Shown here in pieces: positions 11,062 to 24,560 of a stretch of 64,000 bases of DNA. Location of the stretch: assembly GCA_022605425.2 (NCBI GenBank), contig JAKIMF020000005.1, positions 1,054,001-1,118,000 of the forward strand, read 5' to 3'. Position numbers and translations under genes: made by a program. Origin of the DNA: Hamiltosporidium tvaerminnensis FI-OER-3-3. Taxonomy: Eukaryota > Fungi > Microsporidia. Numbering within the stretch: the first letter of the stretch is position 1; the number at the start of each line of letters is the position of its first letter. The notes below the pieces were generated by a model. That model saw nothing but the letters and a program-made list of their open reading frames with translations, searched no databases and was not told the DNA's origin.

Positions 11062-11192
11062 TATATTATACATTTTATTTGTAGTTTAAGAAGGAAAGAT
11101 ACTAAGACTAAAACCCATTTACATAAATAATTTATATTATACATTTTCTTTGTAGTTTGGCAAGAAAGGATACTCAGACTAAAACCCATTTA
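11062..11192. repeat. ~70-bp tandem duplication spanning the 5' junction of dispersed repeat X copy 1
   Basis: tatattatacatttt.tttgtagttt...aaggatact.agactaaaacccattta occurs twice. Confidence 0.85.
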
Positions 11193-11854
11193 AATTACAA
11201 TGATTAGATAAAATTAATGTCGAAAAAATTGTATATATATTTAGAGTGAGAAATACCATACTACATTTAGCGTTGTTTCTAGCGAATTTTGGCGAAGAGA
11301 AAAAAATTTATAAAATGCCGAAAATATTTCTACGAACTGAGTTATAGTTTTTATTATCAAACTTTATTTGAAACCACCGTTGACCCTGTGAGTAATTCAA
11401 TACTAAATTATGGAAAACCAGCCTTTCTCAATCGATTTAGAAGAATTGGCGCCTGGAATAGAAAAAAATCTAATTATTCAAAAGATTGGAACACAAGAGT
11501 TATAATTTATAAGTCTTGGTATGAAATTGGACTGTCTAGTTGGAGTTAATGTAGGTTTCCGATATATATATCTTAGCTAGCGGTTTTTTGCATTCAGAAG
11601 TGTACTGTAATAACATTCAGCCCGTCTTTAAGAATCTAAGGTGGATTCGACATTTGATTACACACCAGGCAAACGCTTCCTCGATTAATGAGTCCAAAAA
11701 TACCTGTGATAATAAGCTTTAGGACAAGTATAGAAGATATACTGATGGTGTGATAGAGTGCGGTTATCTATGTAAATCCTAAAACCGAGCTAAAACCATG
11801 AAGAAACTTACTTATGTCACTGTTTTAAGAAGACTATATATTTTTTAAAATAAA
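11158..11854 (+). repeat. Unidentified ~700-bp dispersed repeat X, copy 1
   Basis: Colinear blocks shared with 52691-53411: tggaaa.c.agcctt.ctca.tcg..ttagaaga.tt.gcgcctgg, ttggtatga.attg.actgtctag.tgga, tatcttagctag, and a 3' tttttaaaataaa end. Confidence 0.75.
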
Positions 11855-11926
11855 TTATTTTCTATTATTTGTTAATTTTATAGTGATTTGACTTAAAAAT
11901 GTTTGTAAATATTTGATAAAAATACT

Positions 11927-14900
11927 TATTTAATAAAATTTTGGGTTAAAATATTTTACCATTTTTATATGTTTTCTTCTACCTCTTTAACCACTTTGGT
12001 CTCTTCTTCCAAATCCGACTCTTCATTTATGTTATTGATCGGTTCCTCTAAAGTGGTTCCTCCTTGTGAAATAAGGGGTGCTTTATTTTTCGGTTTAAAA
12101 TTTTTTGCACCATCTTCCTCTCTCTTCTCTTGTTTTAAAGGGGGTGTTGGTTCCTCTTGCATCTGTGGTCTCATAATAACACCCATTGACGCTCTCTCCC
12201 AGCACTCTTCGTCATTTAGTCCTGACTCAAGTCCTCTTCGTCGATCAAAGGAAATTGTTTCGACTGTCTTCTTAAGTACTATAGACTGAATGTATGCCTC
12301 TACATTCATGGGTATTTCTAGCTTTTAAGGTGAGATTTATGGTATTTTGTCACAATACCGTCCCAGGTCATCACATAAGGGATTATCTCAACACTACACT
12401 TATAAATAAGACCCAACTCATTGGCTAGCAGGTCATATTTCCTAAGTTTTTCAGTTTCAACTATTTGAAGTGAATCTTGGGAAAGGATTCCTACTTCAAT
12501 GAGTGTAATCTTATTCTTCTTCTTATTAAAATAAATATGTCGGGTCTGTTATTCCGAATTTTAACATCAGTTTTTATTCTGGTGTCCACTCTTATCTCTG
12601 CGTACTCATTATCAAGAATTTCTTGAACTGAGTGACTCCTTATTCGTTTGGAAGACTTAAACTTATATCTATTTAGGAGAAGTAGGTGTAGGCATCTAAC
12701 CACTTCATTATGCCGTCTAGTGTAATCATGGCCTAGCATTTTTTCACATCTAGTTGCTAGATGTTCTACATTCTTACCAGACTTCCTGCAATGTTGACAC
12801 ACACCATCTGCTCCCCAGAATACATTTCTATCCTGGATATAGCAGAACACAGCTTCATTTCGTGGCCTAATATCCCCTCTCTTTAACCATCTTATAGCGT
12901 CACTAACACTTACAAGCTCATTTTTCCTTGCATTATATAACTTTGAATGGAGTTTTCGTTTTTCTATTTCGTTATATAGTTTTGCAAGTTGAGCTTCTTC
13001 TAAACTTTTCTTAGTGACTTCTTCTACCAACCTGTACTTTACTTTTAAGAAGCCTTTTATTAGTGCAAGATGGGTTTTATTATTATTCTCCACCTTGAGG
13101 ATTGCTGCTCGTCTAGTGGATATTTCTTTACTTTTTTCCAGACAATCTAAGAGTTGCAGAAGCATATGTTCGCTTCGCAACTCAACACTATGTAGGCCTC
13201 TTCCAAGTTCTGTTCTAGGAAGATACAAACGCTCTTTACATCCTGGGCGGAGATCTATCTTTTTCTTCACCAAAACCGCACGCACTACATCATCTAACTT
13301 AGAGAAGTCAGCCGGTTCAAGTCGAAGTACTCCTATGTGATAGTTGATTAACGATATCGCATGTTGATTGATTGCAGAAAATAAATTTTTTGCGTTTAAT
13401 CTAGTGTGACAAAGGCTTTCAACTCTTGATATAAGTTTGCTTAGTACTTCTTCAAATGAGCTACGTGTTGGAATTCCTCTGCCATCTTCTATTATTCCTA
13501 AATATTTGTAAACACTAACACCTTCTAGAAAAGTAACAGTATCTTCACAACACGTATCATTTGTGGCTGACTTCTCTTTGTTAATCTCTAAGCCAATCAC
13601 CTCTAAAAATTCTTTTGCCTCGCCTGTCATAGCACTCAATGTGGAGCTATCTTTTGCAAGGTGCTTAAGATCATCAATAAACAAGAGATGATTAGTAGAA
13701 TAGGATTCTGCATCTGTTTGTACTGTCACTTTTGTGTATTTTTCATTAAGCTTTCGGCTCAATGGATTCATACTCAACACAAATAACAATGGTGACAAAC
13801 TATGTCCTTGCAGAATCTCTCTCTCAATCTTCTTGCTCATGATTTTTTCAGGCCCTACTGATATATCAATTTAACATTTTGATATAATTACCTTGATAAA
13901 TTTCAGGATTCAATCAGTTAAATTAAGGTTTTCAATGCATTGAGTTAAATAAGCATGGTCTGTTATATCATAAGCTTTTTTAACATCAATCCATGTTGCC
14001 TTAAGATTATTTCCATACTCTTTGTTTAAGGCAATATACAATAGAGCCCGCTCTTTCGCCCCCTGCACACCTCTTACCATTCCTAATTGATTCTCTGAAA
14101 GCAATCCTTCTTTCCGCTTCAAGTGAAAACTTTCGTTACACACTTTGTCGTTAACTTGTAGAGGTTGAACATACAAGTGATTGGCCTGTAGTCAGAGCCT
14201 CTTTGTGGAATTCCTTTGGGTATCAAATAGGTAAGCCCGCAGTAAAATCAATCAGCTTGAGGTGTTTCTTCTAAAATATAACTTTCAGAAAATCATAAAG
14301 ATATTTGTGAAGAGTTGTAAGTTTCTTAATAAAAAAATTGTAAATACCATCAATTCCAGCAGCTTTCCAATTAGGGAGCCAATTAATGATATTTACAAAT
14401 TCATCAAGTGAAGGAAACGTGGTCGGATGATTATCTGATACAAATGGAATTCAATAATCATCGTACGTGACTGTGTCATCATTTTTGTTCCACATTGTGG
14501 ACCAAAAACTCACAATTTCATCACGGCTAACCAAATGCTCGGATTCTACACGCTCAGATAACTCACGATAAAATCGACTTCGGAAAAGCTCAAAGACAGG
14601 ATTCTCTCTTCGGAATTGCTTCCTACTTTCATCCATCGTAATTTTTTTCTTGTAAACATTCAAGACTCATTCTTCTTAACTAAAGCCTCAGAAAGATTAG
14701 TTACACTGCTCAAGTTTAAATTAAACTCTCGCATGATTTTCTTAAGGCTCTTCATTTCCGAAGTCGAGAGCTTTTCCTGCTTACGAGCCTTCTCGAGAAG
14801 ATCTTTGGAAAGTACTAACTTAGAAATTTTACTTTCTATGTTTTCCTTCCAAGCGGATCTAGGCTTTTCTTCACCTGTTGCCTCGTCATAGCATACCTGG

Positions 14901-15705
14901 GCTGCCTGGATTATCCGTGCCACTGCATTTATCGTCATCGGCTCCAAGAATCAGCATACTCACCGATAAAACGATTAGTAAGCTCCAGAAATCATCTGCA
15001 ACTAATTCACTTGGAAGCTGTCGAGTTCGGACCCCACTTTTCCAATTTCCTTCTCCGAGATTTCTTTGATTTTACTCAAAAATTTATCTCTCAGGTTATT
15101 GTACTCCGTGGTGTCAGTCAGAGTGCATAGATCAGTGAGAATAGTGGCAATTATACGTCGCAAATTATCTACTTCTGAAATTACTTGCTTTACATCTCAC
15201 TTTGTGCCAGTTTTTTTAAATCTTCGAGAGTTTCAGCGAGCCGAATTAATTATTATAGTACCCGTGAAGCTCTGTCCAGCCATTTATTGGCATTCATTTA
15301 ACCCTTTCTGCACTGCAAAAAAAAACAATTTGAGGCCATTCTTTAGAGTCGGTTGTTACAGATTCGAATATTGTCCGCAATGCCATTAGCCTGTTACTTT
15401 CTGGAATAGCCAGAGTACAAGGTTTGTCATGTCGAACGATGGCTCGCACGCAGAGACTTAACCGAAGAGAGAAGTAATCCATTAGGCGAAGGTAAGGTAT
15501 AAAGCCCACCATTTTGCATCTTTGGCATGGTGGTGGAAGTGTTATTTTGTATAGGAGGAGGAAGGTAGGGAATTTGTCGGTGGGTGTAGCTCATATTTTT
15601 GTATGACACACTCACTTTTATTTACCTCATAGGCTTCGTTTGCAACCTTTATTATTTTATTTTTTAGTGTTTTGATGCTAACATTTTTCTTTCTACGTAT
15701 ATTTT
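11927..15705 (-). mobile_element. Near full-length, frameshifted R4/Dong-like non-LTR retrotransposon (copy C): RT + CCHC knuckle + restriction-like endonuclease
   Basis: ORF fragments carry RT motifs (ENQLG..RGVQGAKE, WIDVKKAYD, LQGHSLSPLLF, HLLFIDDLK, YKYLG), CQHC-x7-H-x4-C, RHNEVV and RPDIFIL..(E)VG..K..KY. Colinear with copy E; start codon mutated to ATA. Confidence 0.92.
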
Positions 15706-16580
15706 TAAACTTGAAGACAATAAAAAAGAATGGTATTTATCGGGTCCATAGCCGCTTTTTAAGCATCTCTTGCACATGAAATATCATAAAATATTCTCTT
15801 TTCATAGAAATTTGGCAACAAAGTATCTTTTTGTATGAAAAAAGGTACTAAGAAAAGAATTGACTATTGAACTTCCCAAGTGAAAAACATAGTCAAAGGA
15901 GCAAGTAAGATCAAGAATTATTTGCCTTTTAGATCAAATATCAAATGATTACAAAATGAGATGCCTTTCATATATTTTACTACTAAAAATACTTGTTTTA
16001 AATACACACAGGACTTTTTATTTTAGCAAAAGACAAAAAAGAAAAGGCTATCTATTACAATAAAATGGCAATATAAACTCAAACACTGTACAAAGTTTTA
16101 AATAAATCTTAAAAATACTAATTTCTAATTCATATTTTGCAGATCAAACTTCGATCTTTAATCTTTTGTCTGTGTTATAACTATAAATATTCTAATATAA
16201 ATTAAATCTCGGTGAAAATTTGGTTTAGAAACCAAAGCACATATTTAGCTGCAATTATATTGATTATTTAGAAAATTAATAAAAGTTTTACTTATATAAC
16301 CTCATTTTTAAGCCAGGTGCACAAAATTTTGAATTTTGTAAATTTAAAAGTTTATATACACTTTTTTTTGTGTATTTAAAACATTGAAAATTTGTTCTTT
16401 ATATATAAACAAAAAATAAAGAATATAATACCTATAAATTTCCTTATATGGAACAATATTTATAAAGTTTCGTACAACTTTTTTTACAAAGTTTGTATTG
16501 ATTATTTAAGTTGATTCCAAACAAATCGATTAAAAAATAGATATAAGCAGATATTTTTAGTATAATTTAGATATATCTAT

Positions 16581-19214
16581 ATGTTTTATACATTAAAAAG
16601 GCTATCTAAAACGAAAATTTATTCTAAATACTTAATATTCTCATGGAGATTAAGGATCAAGAAAGTTGTGATTTTTTTAATCAATTTCATGCCTTATCAA
16701 GGTGAAATCAATTGGCATTTAATTCAAACTGTTTCAAAATTTCAAAAAACAAAATGGATAAATAAAAAATTATCAATAAACAAATATATGACAGGGTATA
16801 TAAAAAACACGGGAAAGAACCAAGTTGGTTCCATATCCAATGAAGGAATTGATAATAATTTGGCGGAAAGACAAATGAGGTGTCAATTTGAAATCGAAGA
16901 AGAAGTTGCGGCGAATTCTGTGAAGAAAAATGGTTTAAAATTACGTGAGTGTGTAGAAACCAATAAGTCGTCGCAAAAAGATGATTTTTTTAGAAATAAT
17001 GAGTTCAAGATCATGATTGGGCTTCACAAAAATGATAGTGGTCTTATAAACAAGAATCTTCCAGTGGCCAGATTTTTAATAAAGAAAATTATGAGCAACG
17101 AGGTGTTAGAAGATAAAAGAATTTCTAATATTCAAAATATATCTACAGATACTTTAAACGGCGAGGCCAGAGACGAAAAAAGTGTTTTATCTGTATCAGA
17201 AATCGCAAAAAAGTATATCTGTCCAAAAGCCTCAGTGGAAAAAATAAAATATTTTAAACTTAAAGAGATAGAAAAAATCCCCGGCGATAGTGAGTATCAT
17301 ATGGCCGCAAAAACCACAAATACATTTTCCATTGTGCCTTATAAGGTTAATAAGGTAGAGAATCAAAAAAGGAAAAAGGCCAAAAGAAGATTGACTCGAT
17401 GGATAAAGCCCGAGGAGATTGTTGGATTGAAGGAAAATGTAAAACCGGAGAATAAAAAATCTGTTGATAGCGGAAGTATACCTTTAAATAGGAATGTAAA
17501 GAATATAATGCTAGAGCAAAAATGTGTTATAAACTATGAAAACTTACAAAAAGAGGAAGAATTCGTTCATTGCAATGTATCTGGGGAATTAGACAAGGGT
17601 AGAGAAAATAATAATTATACGATACAAAAATTTTTTATTAAAGAGGCAAAGAAAATTAACATTAAAAAAGAATATAATAATTGGGATAAGAACCATAGTG
17701 ATAAGCAAGAAATGGAATCTGATTTTAAAATTAGAAGTAATGAAGCTAAAATAATACCTATTGAAGATGAGGGGATTGAAGGAAGCCAAACCGAAAAAAT
17801 AATTCAACAAAATAAGGAGCGTATGGGAAATTTGGGCTGTAAAATAATAAACGAACTGGAGGAAACCAAAAAAGTGCTAAGTATTGTTCATTTGAATATA
17901 GACCAGAACAAAGAAAGTAATGAATGTAAAAAAGCGTTTGAAAATTTTGAATCCGAAAATAAAAATTCTAATGAAGAATCCTTTATTGACAAAATTCTGA
18001 TGATTAATTCATCTAATATTATAGCTTTAAGCAAAGAAACTGATAGTAAACAATGTTCGGATAATAATTTTGATGGTGAATATTCCAAAAAAGAATGTTT
18101 AATAAATGTAATAAATGAGAAAACGAAATTAGTTGATGTTCAAGCAGAATTAAAAGAGGAATACTGCATAGGCACAGAAAAGGATACTAATAAAGAGACA
18201 GAGTACGAATTTGATGGATCAGAATGTAAAATGAATAAAAATTCATGCTTAGAAGTAGAAAATTTTCATAAGCCTAATATCAGAGAGATTATACCTGTTG
18301 ATTCCTTTGTTAAATGTGAATATACTGGGAATGAAAAATCAGAATCTAAAAATATGATAAGGCGTTCTGAAAAACAAGAAATTTTATATAAAAGGGTGCT
18401 GAAACAAATCGTAGCTCGCGAAAACGTCCATATTCCTCCTTATAACAAGAAAAGAATGTTAAAAAAGAATATTTTGACATTTAAAAAAAGTGATGTGATG
18501 AGTGTTGATGCTTCCTTATTAGATAGAGAGGACAGGATTAAAATTGAAGAGCATTATAGAAAATTGCTTGATAGAAAAATTGAACAAAACGAATCTGGTG
18601 TAAAAAAATGGTTCAAATCTCTTTTCGGATGTTATAGAATAAAGAGAAATAGACTAGTCAACTCTATAGATAACTTTATTTTTAAGCTCATTGATTTTTT
18701 AATCATGAGTAATATTTCATGCACATACGGTTTTATAAAGGAAATCAACAACGCTGATGTAAAAGAAAAGATTAAAAAAATTGAAAAGCAGGAATATTAC
18801 AAAATAGAAGAAACTAATGTTTTAACAAATTTAGGGGTTGTTTTGTTTTATATAAGAGAAAGGATGAATGGTATTATACCTCATCACTATAGAAAAATTT
18901 TATTAAACAAAAAATTAAAAAATGATAAGAAAAAATTGGATAGTATTTTAGATTTAATGAAATTTGCGATCGGACATGAAAGAATCAAAATGATTGAAAA
19001 AATTAAAAATCTGATTATGAATATGAAATGCAATTCCGAAGACCCGAAACTTGTAGGTCATTTGATCGATATTTTTTCTAAAGCGATATTTCCTTTAAAA
19101 GAAAATGCAAATTTAAAAAATGATATTCATGTTCTAAATGTAATCAATTTATTTTTCCAATCAGATTTACGTTCTATATCTCTTTGCACATATTATGAGG
19201 CTACAAAAAATTAG
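16581..19214 (+). CDS. Large Lys/Glu/Asn-rich protein with C-terminal RhoGAP-like domain (true start may be a downstream ATG, e.g. 16788)
   Basis: 877-codon ORF. C-terminal FIFKLIDFLI..NISCTYGFIKE....VKEKIKKIE......EETNVLTNLGVVLFYIRE.MNGIIP follows the RhoGAP pattern (ccIeyle..gl..EGIFR...i.elk..fd....D.hvvaslLKlflRE.p.plip). Confidence 0.7.
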   Translation: MFYTLKRLSKTKIYSKYLIFSWRLRIKKVVIFLINFMPYQGEINWHLIQTVSKFQKTKWINKKLSINKYMTGYIKNTGKNQVGSISNEGIDNNLAERQMRCQFEIEEEVAANSVKKNGLKLRECVETNKSSQKDDFFRNNEFKIMIGLHKNDSGLINKNLPVARFLIKKIMSNEVLEDKRISNIQNISTDTLNGEARDEKSVLSVSEIAKKYICPKASVEKIKYFKLKEIEKIPGDSEYHMAAKTTNTFSIVPYKVNKVENQKRKKAKRRLTRWIKPEEIVGLKENVKPENKKSVDSGSIPLNRNVKNIMLEQKCVINYENLQKEEEFVHCNVSGELDKGRENNNYTIQKFFIKEAKKINIKKEYNNWDKNHSDKQEMESDFKIRSNEAKIIPIEDEGIEGSQTEKIIQQNKERMGNLGCKIINELEETKKVLSIVHLNIDQNKESNECKKAFENFESENKNSNEESFIDKILMINSSNIIALSKETDSKQCSDNNFDGEYSKKECLINVINEKTKLVDVQAELKEEYCIGTEKDTNKETEYEFDGSECKMNKNSCLEVENFHKPNIREIIPVDSFVKCEYTGNEKSESKNMIRRSEKQEILYKRVLKQIVARENVHIPPYNKKRMLKKNILTFKKSDVMSVDASLLDREDRIKIEEHYRKLLDRKIEQNESGVKKWFKSLFGCYRIKRNRLVNSIDNFIFKLIDFLIMSNISCTYGFIKEINNADVKEKIKKIEKQEYYKIEETNVLTNLGVVLFYIRERMNGIIPHHYRKILLNKKLKNDKKKLDSILDLMKFAIGHERIKMIEKIKNLIMNMKCNSEDPKLVGHLIDIFSKAIFPLKENANLKNDIHVLNVINLFFQSDLRSISLCTYYEATKN

Positions 19215-22200
19215 TTTATTTTCTACACAAATTGTATTAAGATGCTTGCTATGACTTCCTCCACAAAAATAAATAAATTCTTACAAATTATATTTTATAG
19301 GCTTTGTATGTTTATTTTTGTCTTCTATCATTGAAATATTATGTAATTACTAAATACAAGAATTTATCTCTATTTAATGAAAACTAGAGATACATCTCTT
19401 CAATAGTTTATTTTCCCACCTAAAAACCATAGTTTATAATATTTATTTCATTTTCCTCTCAAAAATTATTGGAAAAACATGTTAAAACAAATTTTATTTT
19501 ACTTTTAAAAAAATCAAAATCTAAATTAAAGAAAAATAATTCGTTGTTTTATCTTCTTTCTTCTTTTTTTGATGAAATTTTAATTTGGGTTTAGAAAAAT
19601 GATACTAATAGCTTTTCTTGCCAAACAATTTGGATATTAAAATTTCTATTTTATTTTCTCTTTTATAGAATATATTTTTTCAATGCAATTACGAAAATTT
19701 TTCATTAAAGAAGTAACACAATGTGTTTTACACATTTTTATATATGGCACTTGATTTTTGAAATTAATCTAATCATAATACTTTTAAGTTTAATCTAAAT
19801 GTGATATAAATACCTATAAGATTTTGTTAATCTTTATTAGTGTGATTTTCAAGTAAATAATTAGAAATTCAAGTTTTTAAACGAATAATGTTCCTTCATA
19901 AAATAATTAAATTACCTAAACTCGGATTTTATACATCTTAAGATACAAATTTATAATTAATTCAAGTAAAAAAAATGAAATTATATAATAAAGTTCCCAT
20001 AAAGTTTTCTTTGTAATATAAAAGATGATGAAAAAATGACAAATAATAAATATAATTCACTATCTTGCAAATATTTTTCTTGGATGATATAATTTGAGAG
20101 CACAAAAACATATTTGAAATTGTTCGATCTAACCCGAAAAGATTTAAATGCCATTTAAGTTTCATTTGTTCTATACACTATAAAAAAATGTAAAAAACAT
20201 TTTTTTTTAATTTGGATTTGATGATATTTATTTTTATATGAGCTTAAAATTTATGAATGATGTTTTATAAACCTTCTTTGAGGAAATAAGAAGTGTATTT
20301 TCATTATAAAATTTAGATTAATAATTGGGAAATGAATAAAAGATCTGCATTATAAAGATTGACTTTATACGTGGAAGACTCTTTTACAATAAAAAAATAT
20401 TAACTTATTTATGGATAAAAATAAGTCGTATTGCCTAGTTAAGTATATAGAACTATTGGTTAGATTAGAATCTAAATTGTATATTCCTTAAATTTTTTAA
20501 CTCTGTATTATCTTAAAAGCACCATTTTTTGTAGAGTTTGGTTGTATGTATTGATTTTGATCTAATTATTATCTTTTGTGAATTTTTTTTGAAGCACTTA
20601 AAAGGCAATTTATGCCTTATATTCAACAATTTTGCTTACGAACAAAAAAACAAGTGATTATATCTAAAGTAATCATAATATAAATGTAATTTCTAAATTA
20701 AATGTTTGAGAAAATTATTTTAGATTTAAAAGGATAAAACAAAACTTAATTTCATTTTACGACATAAACCCCTTCGTTTTTATGTAAAAATCAAATAAAA
20801 ACCAGATAAATTAAAAATTTAAAAAAATATACAATATTGACAGGAAAATGATTCCTAATAATAATTATTTTGTTCATAGTTCTTGGTGTAGGGATAATAA
20901 AATGACAGTAAGAAAATAAAGAAAATACTATGCAAACAACTCTGATAAAGTAAATACAGGATACAAAATTATCAAAATATCTTCTCTCTACCCCTTTCAT
21001 TCTGTATCTGCATAAAAAACAAGATCAAGACCATATTGAGCATTGCCTGAACATGAATTTACGGGTTTTGTGCATAAATCTTGCTTGCTACTTTCCTCTT
21101 TCTTTTTTCTGAGGTCACCATATGCTATAAATCTTTACTCATGGATCATATCTTTCTTTAGCTTTTTCCGAAAACAACTAGTTAATGTTTCTATAGATAA
21201 TGTTCGGTTCGATAAAAGCCGACTCGCAGGAAATACCTATAATTTTTTCGCAGTGCAGAAAAAATTTCAAACAATGCGTGAAGTGGCTGGAAATTACTTA
21301 TTGAGTACTGTGGTTAGAAAATCGGTCAAATCTTAACTCTTTATGCGTTAAAAAATTAGCTTAAAATAAAATATTATGGTGATTACAGCAAGAATCTAAT
21401 TTAAATTGACATAGAATCTTCACCTTTCTCATCAATACATTCCCTTAGCTTATATACCTGGCCATAAAATCTTGATATTTATGTATGTGTGAAAATTAAA
21501 GAAAATACTATCGACAATAGAACTGTAAAGATGTAGTTCAGGTTTGAAAATTTTCAAGACAATTGGTAGCTATGATTTAACACCTTAAATCGCCCGGTTT
21601 TATAAGATATGAGTTTTTATATGCTTAGATCAATTACAGACACCCTGCGCTTAATAACTACTGCATTTTTATGTTATTAAGAGGCATATCTTTTGATTAT
21701 TGTAGATATGTCTGAACTAAAAAATTAAAATAAAATTTTTCGGGTCGTAACTTTTTAAATATACGTAAGAAGTTTATCACAGAGAAACCAAGTTCTTCTA
21801 AAACATGGGTTTGTTTCATTTACATATAATGTATAAGATAATATATCGAAACTCAAAATAAAACGAACAAATTTTGTGTGTCTAAGAAACATACTTATTA
21901 TGTATAAAAGTGAAAAGTAAATGAAAAAAACACTCATATATTGTCCAATTCCAACGTATACTATGTCATATGCTGTATTATTTTCTATAACATATGCGTG
22001 TATTATATCGTATGAGGTTCAAATTTTTACAAATAATAAGTTAAAAAAAAAGGTAATGAAATAGTTTAGTATGATGCATGTCTGCTATAACTCGTTAAAG
22101 ATACGTCAAATAAGCTCTTGGATTTGCTTGGTACGTTTAAAAACATTATGCTTAGTTCCTAACTATGATTTCGCATGAATAGCTATTCATACATATTTAT

Positions 22201-23848
22201 TTTATCAAAACTTAGGTGATTTCAGTAATATTATGCACAGCTTATATTTATTATTAAGGCCTATTTTTACTTACGGTCAATGTAATTAAACTTATATAGT
22301 ACTAGAAGAGATGCCACATGGTGATTCCGACTATAAAATAATTTCTTTTATGTCGATCATCTGTAAGTTAACAAGTCGTGTGACAAACGCTGTTGTATGT
22401 TGATGAAGAACGTAAATTATATAAAAAACCATTTAAAACTGAACGAATGGCCCGAAAGCGCAATACAGATTTTGTTATTATTCGTTCGAATTGTACATAG
22501 AAGCAACATTTGGGCTTCCAACGTCATTTCAAAAGAAAGCATGGCTTGATAGTCATATATTTTCATTCAATGCATTGCAACTCGATCTATTAATGCAATT
22601 TTAAATTTTATGAAGTTACTGTACCATAATAAAAATCTGTGCTAATTCAAGCTTCTAAAAGAGCATAGGTAAGAAGATTAAGAGATTAAATCAACGGTGA
22701 TATTCTATTTCATTTCATATTTAGGTGGGTGTAGATCGGTTGGGCTTTAAATAAAAAGAAAACACCAGGCCGTTATAATGTATATAAATATAGTTTCTTG
22801 TAACAAAAGGATTAGCTTTTGTATGTTAACATTCAGATTTCCTCCAGTAAATAGTTCAATTTTCGAGTAAATCCGTCATTTTGAAATTTGTTTAAAGCGT
22901 GAACTTAGAGATTAATATAGCATATTAAGCCATAAAAGATATCTTAACGAAAATGCTTAGTTATTCGTAAAAATTTGCCTGTGTATAATTATGAGAGGAT
23001 AATAAAAGATTGTACGAGAAAATCAAAACGAAAGTCATTTTACTGAGGATATACGGCAGAAACTACCATCAAAAGTTGAAATTGTTATAAGTATTAGATT
23101 ATTCACAAAAAGTATTCTTTTAGAGAAACAACACACTATCGTTAGTAAATTATCCTATAGTAGTAGTTCCATTTAAATAAGCGAAGAATCAATGGTAGGT
23201 AATGCATTAGCGCGGTATGAACAAAAGAAAGGTATATTTTAAATGGATTGTAAAAATATACTGATAAGTTGTATCAGAAATTTTTAGAAGTCTTGGAGTC
23301 ACACCTTCAAAACAACTTATTACTTTATCACAACTAGATTGTCTGAAAATGCAAAATAATTTTACTAGAAAAAAAGCTTCCGAAAAATGAAAAATACTAA
23401 AAAGTTATATTTCTAATAGAAAATGTTCCAGTGAGAAATATAAGACAGAAAGGGAGCAAACGAAGTTATTCTTTTTGATTCCAGCTACCAAATATATCCA
23501 CGTAATATGAAATCACGAATTATATTCTTCGCAAATATTGCCAAAGCAATTTTACAGGGAGTATTAGTTGTACCTGCCTATGGCATAAAATAAAAAAAAG
23601 CTATATACCCAGGAAAAGATAAACCCGGCATCAAATATAAAAACTATACAAAGGAATAGAAAGAAACCGAGAACATTTTGCCTACTCCAATTTGATCGTA
23701 CGGTGTGGAAAAATTTTATAAAACTTTATATGGAACATTAATTAGACAAAATGCTAAGTCTTTGTTCTGACTTCGACTTTTACGAAACAAACATTGCGCA
23801 ATATTTCCAAAAAAATCTTAAAGGCATTTATTCGGAAATAAACAAAGC

Positions 23849-24560
23849 TTTATTTAAAATATCACATATTTTAAAAACATTCGCAAGTGTCATATTCGTT
23901 TTCATAAAATTGACGCTGTTCTATGTATAACATAAATAGCTATTACCCCAGAATTCCATCAGTACCCTCTGAGAGACCTACGTTCCAGAGCTTTTCGTCT
24001 ACCGGGGTTTAATGAATCCTATTGATAGGCGAGGAGATAGCTTGGAGTTCGTTAATGTTCGTTGCATCGAGTATGATCGAAGACCGAAGCTCCTTCTTGA
24101 GCCCCACAAGACCATGAAGCTCTCCCACTTGCTCTACACTTTTTGAACCATATAACTTCTTTCTAAGATATATTTCGAAGGCTTTCGTAAGGTTCACCTA
24201 GACATTGCAATGCTATACCAACAAGTATAACCTGTTAGTTAGCTATACACATTTTAATGTTTTATTTTTATATCTCCTAGGCGCCAAGTCTTCTAATCCG
24301 AGTGTGCAAGGCTAGATTTACATGCTTTTACATGGCATTCACCTACATTTTCAGCTGCGGACTGCAATCTAGTTACATAAAAAACTAAAAAAAATTGTAG
24401 AAAAAGTTTCGATATTTGATAAACCTCCTCATATAAATTTCATAAAAAATTCGAAGATCTAAAGTGTTTTATTGCTACCAAAAATCCAAAAAAGGATAAC
24501 CACACTAATTTCTTATACTCATTGCCAAGCAGATAGTTTTTGTTGTTATACTCCCTCCAC
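23849..24560 (-). repeat. Unidentified dispersed repeat X, copy 2
   Basis: Reverse complement aligns end to end with 52691-53411, e.g. ttttttatgtaac.agattgcag.ccgcagctgaa.atgtaggt..tgccatgtaaaagcatg and gatggaatt.tggggta. Confidence 0.88.

Noticed and set aside
20760-21000. CCC-ATG followed by a hydrophobic stretch (FLIIIILFIVLGVGII) on the plus strand
   Set aside because: Multiple in-frame stops and a very short extent; at best an unidentifiable remnant.
21000-23800. Possible piggyBac or other transposase relic
   Set aside because: Only vague fragments (e.g. KPG..) and too decayed to support a call by eye.
24549-24560. TACTCCCTCC resembling a Stowaway/mariner TIR at the edge of repeat X
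   Set aside because: It points outward from the repeat and has no inverted partner at the other end.
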